Positions 53,601 through 64,000 of a stretch of 64,000 nucleotides of DNA are shown here, piece after piece. Position 1 is the stretch's first letter. Each line of letters begins with the position of its first letter. The notes under the pieces were generated by a model. That model worked only from the letters and a program-made list of their open reading frames with translations, ran no database searches and was not told the origin of the DNA. Source of the DNA: Octopus bimaculoides (Eukaryota); assembly GCF_001194135.2 (NCBI RefSeq), contig NC_068990.1, positions 36,432,296-36,496,295 on the forward strand, in the 5' to 3' direction. Made by a program: the position numbers and the translations under genes.

Positions 53601-54879
53601 CATACATGTATAAATATGCCAGCAAATCTTCCTTGTTTTTCTTGTGTGTTTTTATCTATTATATGTTAGTGTGTATGTGTACATATGGAGAAATATTTGG
53701 TAAACACAATGTTTACTTTTTATTACATACTTGTAAGTTAACGTTACAACTCTACTAAAATTATGTATTTCTTTCTAAGAAGACGGCGTTTAGTTCAAAA
53801 TCAGTCCCTGATCCAACAGAATCAGTATCGATGGTGTTCCAGCTAACTCCTTCATGGCTTATTAGAGATGTCTGAGGATACATTATGGATTATGTCCTCT
53901 GCTATTCCAACATGGAACATGACCTAGTGGAAATTTGACTGCTAGTTCTAACATTAAAAGCATCCACTTAGATGCTCCTTCATTAACTCTGCAGTAGGTA
54001 GATTCTTCAGTGGATTATTCTTCCTAAGGGTAGATTATTCCTATCATAGAGTGAGATGGTCCTTTCCATAGTACAATGGGTAGATGCATTTTAAGGTATA
54101 ATAATAGGTTTTTACTATGATACAATGATAAATCTTTGTTATAGCAACACGATAGGCTCTTCCTAAGGTTCAGTGGTAACTTCTTTCTTCAATATATTTG
54201 AGAAGTCCTTCCTTTGGTATAGAGAACTAGTTCTTTCTATGGTAGAGTGAAAAAATCCTCCCACTGCTAGCCTACATACACCTAGCCTACTACATACTTA
54301 TTACAGTTGTGCTGAAGTGACACAAACTAACAACCAATAAATAAACCAATGTCTCATTCATTGCAATTCCTTAAACTTCCTCAGCATATTTGAGAGTGGA
54401 GTAAACTAGTTGTAACCTAAAAATGAAATTAAACATCAGCAGTTTTTATCATCAGAAATTAACTTACTCATCTAAAGATGATTATCAATAACTGGATGGG
54501 ATATAGTATTCATATGTTGTTTTTCTCAATTTCTTTGTCTTTCCCCTCTTATTTCTCAGAGAAATCATAATATCAAACAGAAAAACAAAGGAAAACATAT
54601 CAAAACTATCTATAAAGACAGCTATAAGTCAGGAAACATATTCTCCATGTTAATCTAAATAAGTGTAATCTGCATCAAGGAGTCAATCATATTAAAACAC
54701 ACACTAGTGCCTTTCTATTCAATAGCAATGCCAGACCAAGTGTCAATAAATTCAACTGATCTTCTGACAAGCCTTCAGCAAGAATTAGCTTTGGTAAGCA
54801 GCCAATTTGCAGAGGAACCATCTTTCCCCCCCGCCACCATGCTATTCATTGCTGCACCATTCACTTGTTACAAATGTTG

Positions 54880-54904
54880 TTGTTACTACTACTACTACTT
54901 GTAC

Positions 54905-54940
<36 letters not shown>

Positions 54941-55145
54941 CACCACCACCACCACCACCACTACTACTACTACTACTACCACCACCACCACTACTACTAC
55001 TACTACAGCTGCTGCTGCTGTTGCTGCTGCTGTTGCTACTGCTACTGCTGCTGCTGCTACTGCTGCTGCTACTGCTGCTGCCACTGCCGCAGTTGCCTCC
55101 ACCACTGCTGCCACCACCACCACTGCCACCGTCACCGCCACCACC
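54880..55145. repeat. Compound trinucleotide tract (CTA)n(CCA)n(CTG)n
   Basis: Directly visible; generates spurious poly-T/A/L/P ORFs. Confidence 0.95.
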
Positions 55146-55149
55146 AGAT

Positions 55150-56548
55150 TAAGAATTGACAGCAAAATAAGTTTAAGACCATACCAACATTATTTTGTTT
55201 AAATTGAAAATTTACGGCACAAATGATCAACGAACAAAGATTTTTATTAGTATCTAGTTCCATAGCCATTATTTGTAATTACGGCCTTACAACAGCGGGA
55301 CATGGAATTTGACAAATGAGCACAAAAATCACTTGGAATATTCTGCTATATTTCTTCAATAAAATTATATGATTGGAAAAAATTTGTTGGGTTTTTAGCA
55401 TGAACTCTTTTAGAAATGTAATTCCATAAATTTACTATCAAATTCAAATCCAGGCTCTGTGGAAGCTACTCAACAACCACCATATTATTGTGCTCAAAAT
55501 ATTGCAAAACTTTCCTAGCCTTATGAGCATACCAATTGTCCTGCTGAAAAATAGATCCCAGTGGCATCTGATTATTTAAATATGGCAGCACATTTTCATT
55601 CAGTAATTGCAGATAGCCTACACTGTTCAGTCTGCTATCAACCTTAACAACTGAACCAACACCTAAGTTGCTAAACGTGGCCCACACCCATCTGCCTCCC
55701 ACTTGTGCCATTTTCTTGACACACTTAGGACAAGAATTCTTCAATTGGATGGTGTCTAACATAAGTCTTTCCATCTGATCCAAAGATGCAAAGTGGGATT
55801 CGTCACTCCAATGAACTTTTGACCAGTCTTCGGCCATCCATTCAATATGGCTTTTAACAAACTTGATCCACTTCCATCGGTGCATCTCAGAAATTATCAG
55901 CTTCTTTCGAGCAATCCGGCCAAACAGTTCAAATTCTTTTAGGTGGTTTCTGACAGTTTGTGGTGTAAAACTGATGTCAGTTACATTGGATAATTGCTTG
56001 CAAATGTCCACTACTGTTAGCATTCGGTTACGTTCAGAGAGCCTATGAATTCACCGGTCTATTTGTACTGCTGTTTTTCTCAGAGTGCCAGTTCTTTGCC
56101 AATCTTTGTATTGGCCAGTGGCTTGGTAAAGCTTCCATGCTTGAACACAAGCTGTTTTGTTGCATCCTAATTGCTTGCTAATGTTCATGAAGGACAACCT
56201 TTTGCTGATGAAGCAACACAATCTTTGTTCTAGTAACTGGGCTGATACTACAACGCTTTCCTTCGTGAATTAAAATGTAACAATGCTCAATTATTAAACA
56301 AAACAGTGCAGTACCACCAGCCATATGACCACCCATTTGGTTTATGAATTTGCATAATCTTGGTACAATCTTAAATTTATTTTGCTGACAATTTCTAATC
56401 ATTTGAAATTTGTATCATTCAGAAGAGAAAAAACTTCTACATAAACCATAGAAAGTAAAATAATAATTTTATACAGTTTTGTTAAAAATTATATTAACGA
56501 AGGAGTAGAACTGTCATCTTTGGTCTTAGACTTATTTTGGCCAGTGTG
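55150..56548 (-). mobile_element. Full-length decayed Tc1 transposon
   Basis: TIR core caaaataagtttaagacca (55162-55181) versus rc caaaataagtctaagacca (56521-56540), TA at 56549-56550; left boundary approximate. Confidence 0.9.
55270..56260 (-). pseudogene. Tc1 transposase pseudogene (DD34E type)
   Basis: PQTVRNHL, GRIARKK, WSKVHWSDES (D1), IFQQDN (D2), PQSLDLNLIVNLW (E lost); frameshifts. Confidence 0.9.
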
Positions 56549-56699
56549 TATCTGCAAGACACCCCTTTGAGTTGCTCATAAGCTTTGTTTGTTTTTATTG
56601 TATTTTAAAAGTTTATACTTGAAGTTTGTTGTAGTTGTGGGTTGTTGTTAAACTGACCAGGATTCTAATGAACTGGTCTTTTCCATTTTGTTTTCAACT

Positions 56700-57250
56700 T
56701 TCTTCATCATCATCATCGTTTAACGTCCGCTTCCTATGCTATCATGGGTTGGACGATTTGACTGAGAACTGGTGAACCAGATGGCTGCACCAGGCTCCAA
56801 TCTGATCTGGTAGAGTTTCTACAGCTGGATACCCTTCCTAACGCCAACCACTCAGAGAGTGTAGTGGGTGCTTTTACATGCCACAAGCATGAGAGCCAGT
56901 CTGGTGGTACTGGCAACAGCCATGCTCAAATGGTGCCTTTTACGAGCCACCAGCATGGAAGCCAGACAGCTGCTCTGGCAGTGACCCTGCTCGGATGGTG
57001 CTGTCAGCTCTCCACTGGCACGGGTGCCAGTCATCGAATTTGGTTCAGTTTTGATTTCACTTGCCCCAACAGGTCTTTGCAATCAGAGTTTAGTGTCCAA
57101 TGAAGGAAGGTTGGCATGGGTGCCAGTCGTCGAATTTGGTTCGATTTCAAATTCGATTTCGATTTCACTTGACTCAACAGGTCTTCGCAAGCAGGAATTT
57201 GTGTCCAAAGAAGGAAAGGTATGCATAAGTGGGCTGGCTACACTCCTGGT
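56700..57250 (-). mobile_element. RTE 3'-UTR copy with ~100-bp tandem duplication
   Basis: Reverse complement of the RTE UTR; ~57021-57117 repeated at ~57118-57230 (gggtgccagtc.tcgaatttggttc...caacaggtctt.gcaa). Confidence 0.88.
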
Positions 57251-59442
57251 AAAGAATTGATTAGATTTTTCAGGAAAGTAACTATTAAAACAATCAATAC
57301 ATGGCATTGACTTTTCTACGAGATACTGGAAAGAGATAGAATAGTGTTTCAAACAACTGTCTTGAAGTTATCTTTCTTATCTTCAGCCAAAGCACCACCA
57401 CTACCACTACTGTCAATACAAGTACATGACAATGATAACAAAAACAAGAAATGAAAGGTGACAATGGCACAACCATTATCACTAATGCCACCACCAACAG
57501 TTCAGTAATAAATAACTGTGATAGCAACAACTACAATGGTAAAATCAGCAGCAGCATCTGTAAAACGAAAAGCTGGAGCAGCAGTAACAATAGAAGCAGC
57601 AACACCAACCCCAACCAAACTAGCAATAAGCCTCAGCTATCACAACAACAATAACACCAACAACAATAGGAATAACATTTCCAACATTAGCAGTAAATCA
57701 CACCCTCAACGTATCTTCCAAATACGTTCTGCAATGAGGGTGATAAAGATGAAAAGGGGAAAATCCCACTGGCCCTGTAAAAAGAAAAAGAAAGAGGGGG
57801 AAAAAAGATAAAACAAATGTGCTCCCTCAAAAAGGTGGGACATTTGCAGAGAGGAAAATACTCTACAGAATAGTACCAACATAAACTGCCGCTACCACAA
57901 TCAACATCACCACCATAGAAAACATCAGCATTGCAAACACCCACCAGCAAACACAAGCCGAGCCTAATGTTCAACCAAGCTAACTACAAGGTTAATAACT
58001 GCACTGAAACATCATATACTACAGGGTCATAGACACAAACAACAAGGAATTAATGAACTACGTACATCAGCACGAAAAGTTACACTCTATGACTACAGAG
58101 CTTTAAGAGTACTATGACTATGGTGTTTTTTACGTGCCACCTGCACAAGAGTCAGTCCAGTGGCACTGGCAACGACCTTGCTTGAATGTTTTGTTCACGT
58201 GCCACCGGCACAAGTGCCAGTAAGACGACACTGGTAACGATCAAGCTCAAATGGTGCTTTTTACGTTTTTGTGTTTGTTTGTGTGTGTACTTTAACAAAC
58301 AAAAATAAGTACCAACACTACAATACTTTACCAAATCAAAATAAGTACAAAGGTAAAAGGGCTGTCAGCCATGTTTTCCGAGGACAACAAAACTGTTCTG
58401 TATGCACTCGTCCAGTGTCCAAGCAGTGTTGACTTGTGTAGTTATGTTAAACAACTGCTTTCACATAAAGAACAGATCTGGCTATAACCTGAGTCCATTG
58501 TGAAGATTGTCCCACTGCCCTTCTTTGACAGGGAAGGGTAGGTAGCTCTTATCTGTTTCGTGGCCTTAGTGAAAGAGGTTGTACAGTAAATGAAACTGAA
58601 ACGGATGAAGACAGACACCTTCCTATTTGGCCAACTTCTCATCAATATTTTCATGTTTCACTTGAATAGAAAAATGAAGTTGGAGAGGTATCCCATTTGT
58701 GACCATCACATTGTTTAATTTTTTTTATTGTTTGGCAACGTGTAGCCAGTACCACATTACCCAATGATTTTAAAGATATCACGGAGTGATTTGATGGAAG
58801 TTAGGTTGCTCTTTCTAGCATATGAACCACAGCTAGAAGCTCTCCTCTTCTATGTTTGATGTTGTTGTTGTTGTTATTATTGCTTAACCGCCATCTCTCC
58901 AGCATCTTTCATAAAAAAGGACTTGTAGCCAAATCCATTCCAACCATGATCATCGTTTTCTCAGGCATTGTGTATCAAGGACTACATTATCCAGTTTGTC
59001 TCTCTTGTTTCAAAACAGATGTAATTAGAAGAGATTTGCTATTATTTCTAGGAAATACATTGACCACAAAGAGACCCCCCCCACCTTTTGGCTCTGTATG
59101 TCTGTTGTTGTTGTCATAATTGCCATTGTTGTTTTGAACCTCATGTTTGTTCAGACCCAGTAGACCTATGATCAAAAGGCATTCCGATCTTGACCTTCCC
59201 AATTTAAGAGAACCAGGACTATATGATCCAATGTTACCATTTTTAAGATGACACAGTGTAGTTTCAAGGTGATTTAGCTACTTTTTCTAGCAGGTTGAAT
59301 GATCAAATATCCTACATGGGGGTAACTACAATGGAAGCAGACAAGGTGAACTCAATCAGTGAACAACGGTTGCTGCACCACTGCACTAATCTCTAGTGTT
59401 GTGTATCACAGTACACAGAGTTTTATATTAATGAGGTTGCTC

Positions 59443-59632
59443 TGTGTGTGTGTGTGTGTGTGGGTTTGTGTGTGTGTGTATTTGTGTGTGTTTGTTTATA
59501 TGTGTTTGTGTGTGTGTGTGTTTGTGTGTGTGTTTGTGAGTGTTGGTGTGTGTTTGTGTGTGCGTGTGTGTTTGTGTGTGTGTTTATGTGTGTTTGTATG
59601 TGTGGTTTTGTGTTTGTGTATTTATGTGTGTA

Positions 59633-59664
<32 letters not shown>

Positions 59665-59797
59665 TGTGTGTTTGTGTGTGTGTGTTTGTGTGTGTTATTC
59701 TGTGTGTGTGTGTGTTTTTCTCTGTGTGTGTGTTTGTGTGTGTGTGTTTGTGTGTGTATGTGTTGGTGTGTTGGTGTGTGTGTGTGTGTGTTTATTT

Positions 59798-59830
<33 letters not shown>
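59443..59830. repeat. Long interrupted (TG)n tract
   Basis: Directly visible. Confidence 0.97.
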
Positions 59831-59989
59831 TTGGAGAAATGCTGTTTTTCTGATTCTGCCATTGTGGAGTTCTGTTGTATGTCGTAGATGTGTCATCAAA
59901 GCTTCTGCTATGTGATCATTCGACCTCTTAGAATTAACAGTGAAATCTGCTAGAAACAACTCCCAGCTGGCTTGGTAAGGGGAAAAAAA

Positions 59990-60580
59990 AGCCTAACAGG
60001 TTGTATTGTAGTAGTGACAAGAGTGGCGATGGTACAGGTAATATTGGTGTTGATGGTGGCAGTGGTGGTGGTGATCGTGTTGCTATTAGTGATAGTGATG
60101 GTGATGGTTGTGATGGTGGTGATGATGGTGGTAGAGGTGGTGATGGTGATGGTGGTGGTGGTGATGGTGGTGGTTGTAGCAGTGATGGTAGTGGTGGTGG
60201 TGGTGGTGGTGGTTGTGGAAGTGGTGGTAGTGATGCTAGTGGTGACAGCGGCGGTGGCGACAGCGGAGGCGGTTGTGGCGGTGATGGTGGTGGTGTTAGT
60301 GGTGGTGATGATGGTGGTGACAGTGGTGGCGGTGACAGTGGCAGTGGTGGTGATGGTTGGTGTCAGCGACATTGGTGGCAGTGGCGGTGGCGATGGTAAT
60401 GGTGCAGACGACGATGGTGCTGATGCTGGTAGTGATGGTGGTGGTGGTTGTGGTGGCGGTCGTGGCAGTGTATGTGATGATTATGGTTAGCATTGGTGTT
60501 TATAGCAATAGCCATAGTCGTTGCTGTTGTCATTGTTCGTGGTGGTGGTTGTGTTAGTGGCGGCAGTGGTACCAGTAGAT
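59990..60580. repeat. Degenerate (GGT/GAT/AGT)n low-complexity tract
   Basis: Directly visible trinucleotide periodicity. Confidence 0.93.
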
Positions 60581-61304
60581 GGTGTTTACGATCAGTTGAT
60601 AAAGGTGATAGTTTTCACTCACCTTGATCATGAAATTAGAAACTCTATTGTTGTCGGTGTATTATACCTTCCGTTTGTGATGGCAGCAATAAACGAACTT
60701 AGTGAACTCATTTACAATAGACTCATGCCATGCAGATAACTAATCAATCTTGCAGAACATTATTCCGCTGTCCCAATAACATGCATTTTCAATCTTACTT
60801 AACACCAATAGTGGCTATTTCGGTTCAACTACTTCTTCGTGTTCTCTGCATATGGTTCTTTTATTTTAGGATAGTCTGACCTAAATTTTAGGCTATGCTG
60901 TGGCAAGAAATCACAAGCTAAACTAATGTAGCTTTCCCCCAATTAATGCAATTTCGTTAAAGAAATGGTGCTTTCTTTTTACAAAGATTACTTTCTTTTC
61001 TCTTTGAAGGTTCTTAATAGTGGTAGAGGTGGTGGGTATAATGATGGTAATGGTGGAGGAGGAGACAGCGGCAGCAGAGGCGGTGGCGGTGGCGGTGGTG
61101 GTGGTGATGGCAGTGGTGTTTAAGATGATAGCTGGTTTCTCCCCTATTGTTATTGTTGTTTGTTGTTGTTGTTGTTGTTAGTCCTTAGTTACAAGTTGTT
61201 CAAAGACAAGACCCACAATCAACAGAAAAATACATATTAATCAATCGATAAATCAAATTAAAATTGGACGAAATGGTAGGAGAAGGAGGAGTAATGGAAG
61301 AGAC

Positions 61305-62419
61305 TGTCTTTCTCTCTCTCTCTCTATCTATCAATCCACCTCCACACACACACACACACACACAAACATACATACACACACATATACACACATACACACA
61401 CATATATACACACATACATACACACATATACATATACTCACACACACATACACATGCACACACATATATACACTCACACACACATTGGCACATACAAAAC
61501 TTTGATGAGTGGCAACAAAATTCTAGGCCCTTGAGTCAACTGAGTTCCATTTTCCTGTTTGCATCACCAAACACACACACAGACATACACACATACATAC
61601 ACACACACAGACACACACATACACGCACGATGGTTGTCTCTCAGAGTCTGAGAAAGATGCTTCTATAGTTTCTTGCTGAACACCCAGTGCAAATGATTTG
61701 CTTATAGCGATCAAATGCACGTGCTGTACATTAGATCACTCCATTCATTAAATCGATGTTGTCTGAACAGGTGTATGGTTTACCATACGTCAGATGTCAA
61801 CGTGATTGCAGAGCAATGTGAAATGAAATGTTTTGCTTAAGGATTCAATGTACCACCCTGTCTGGGAATTGAAATCATAATCTTGCGATTGTGAGTGCAA
61901 CACCTTACTGACCAACCAAATTTTGGGCTGTAGAGGCAAAAATGACACTTTTGACTTGTTATTGAAATATCAAATATGTTTAATTCTTATTTGTATTCAC
62001 CTGATGAAAAGGTTTCGTATTTTCGCATGATGTAATACTTCTATTTATCAATAAAAAACATGCCTGAAACAGCTGTAAAGAACCGTAATCCTTCTGTTGT
62101 TATTTGTTTATCATTCACCTTATATGTATATGTATATTTGTATANNNNNNNNNNTGTCTTTCTCTCTCTCTCTCTATCTATCAATCCACCTCCACACACA
62201 CACACACACACACAAACATACATACACACACATATACACACATACACACACATATATACACACATACATACACACATATACATATACTCACACACACATA
62301 CACATGCACACACATATATACACTCACACACACATTGGCACATACAAAACTTTGATGAGTGGCAACAAAATTCTAGGCCCTTGAGTCAACTGAGTTCCAT
62401 TTTCCTGTTTGCATCACCA
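61305..62419 (+). repeat. 265-bp direct duplication (61305-61569 = 62155-62419), second copy gap-flanked
   Basis: Same length and apparently identical sequence including microsatellite lengths; N gaps on both sides of copy 2. Confidence 0.9.
61993..62083 (+). ncRNA. Degenerate hammerhead ribozyme-like motif
   Basis: CUGAUGA (62001-62007), AGG...CCU stem II with long AU-rich insert, GAAAC-AGCU-GUA with palindromic ACAGCUGU; stem I only partly paired. Confidence 0.45.
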
Positions 62420-63089
62420 NNNNNNNNNNNNNNNNNNNNNNNNNNNNNNNNNNNNNNNNNNNNNNNNNNNNNNNNNNNNNNNNNNNNNNNNNNNNNNNNN
62501 NNNNNNNNNNNNNNNNNNNCTAATACACACACACACACATATTTACATATATATGTATGAATACAAACACGAAAATTATATTTGTATCTGAATACAAAAG
62601 AAGCATACCAACTCATCAAGATACAAATCCACATGCATATTTACTCACACATACATATACACCAACCTCCCTGAACACTGGCACATACACTTACACACAT
62701 AAACACAAATCCTCTTAGCCACATACATAAATACATATGAATGCATATCAAGGAGGAATGCACCAAAGACTCAAAGATAAAAATATTGATAAGCCATTTC
62801 TTTTTGGATATATTGTTATTTTCTTATTTATATTTCATATCATCATTATAATTCCTATTTGCCCATACATATATGTATACATACAAATATACATCTACAT
62901 ATAAAGAAATGCCATATATACAGCGATATACAGAGAACATGGTATGTATACATACAATTACAAGTAGATATACCTAGATATACAAATATAACAAGGTATG
63001 CATGCATACATACAAAGACATGCCTAACTACACATATTAATAAGTATATATGTGTATGTTCCATCTTTCTTTCTCTCTCTTTCTTTCTC

Positions 63090-63121
<32 letters not shown>

Positions 63122-63256
63122 GTGCATGTGTGTGTGTGTGTATGTTTGTGTCCCATCTCTATAAGCCTCATTATAAATAAGTTACATTTAACTAATAGAC
63201 ACTAAAAATAATAGACTATATTTCAAGAAATATTCACAAATTTTTTTGTGTGTGTG

Positions 63257-63287
<31 letters not shown>

Positions 63288-63465
63288 ATCTTACTCACTC
63301 TTTCTTTCATTGTATACATATATATATATAAGCATGCATTCATACACACACACACACACAAACATATATATATGTATGTGTGTGTATCTCACTCTTTCTT
63401 TCAATGTATACAGATATGTAAATATATAAGCATGCATATATACACAAACATATATGTATGTATGT

Positions 63466-63498
<33 letters not shown>

Positions 63499-64000
63499 TA
63501 TGTATGTATGTTTACCACACTATGAATGTTATATATATTTGGGCATGCGATTTAGTTAACAACCTCCTAAACACAGAGGCACACACTGATCTAATAGCTA
63601 TATATCAGTAGGTACGAAACATTTTTCAATAAAACTTATTGGAAACCTTCTATTGATAAGGATCTTGTCAGGAATCCTAGCAGATAATAGGAAGAAGGAA
63701 GGAAAAACAGAAGGATTAGAGTAATAGAAAAATCTACTTATTATCAAGCTCACAGAGGTAAACTGTTGGGGACATTTGGTGGTGGTGGCGGCAGCGGCGG
63801 CGGTGGTAGTGGTGGTGATAGTGGTTGTGATGGTGGATATAGTGGTTGTGATGATGGTGCTGGTTGTGGTGATGGACTGGCTGTTAGTTGCCATCCTTGA
63901 ATTGCTTCGTTTAGGAATATTTCAATAAAGTATAAGCAGGAAAAGGAAAACATTGTTTAATCATTATATACATATATATATACATATATATATATATATA

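Noticed and set aside
57451-57811. Asn/Ser/Thr-rich ORFs
   Set aside because: Decayed (CAA/CAG)n low-complexity sequence
59950-60557. Gly-rich or Thr-rich (mucin-like) ORFs
   Set aside because: Open in several frames on both strands because of trinucleotide degeneracy; no splice or start context

Overview
AT-rich animal genomic DNA dominated by microsatellites and transposon relics. The RTE/SINE repertoire and (TA)n/(CA)n load look like octopus; this is an inference, not database-checked. There are nine assembly gaps: 3007-3513, 11726-12123, 15522-15791, 25110-25354, 41697-41706, 42492-42694, 49102-49429, 62145-62154 and 62420-62519. I could not confidently name any host gene; only scattered low-confidence candidate exons are visible. 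Supported mobile elements: four full-length but decayed Tc1/mariner-superfamily elements with recognisable TIRs (two mariner, one maT-like, one Tc1); hAT relics and a hAT MITE; several RTE-clade LINE fragments and many RTE 3'-UTR copies carrying a ~66-bp hairpin array; Penelope-like RT and GIY-YIG relics; an RLE-type LINE tail; and at least five tRNA-derived SINE families. The most interesting signals are minimal Penelope-type hammerhead ribozyme motifs. One is near-intact at 32406-32442 (-). A degenerate one forms the 3' tail of a tRNA-headed SINE at 32013-32280, and a third lies at ~62000. Also notable is a young RTE inserted antisense into an old RTE, with its 5' truncation point homologous to the insertion site. 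Nearly all ORF-track entries are microsatellite or gap artefacts.
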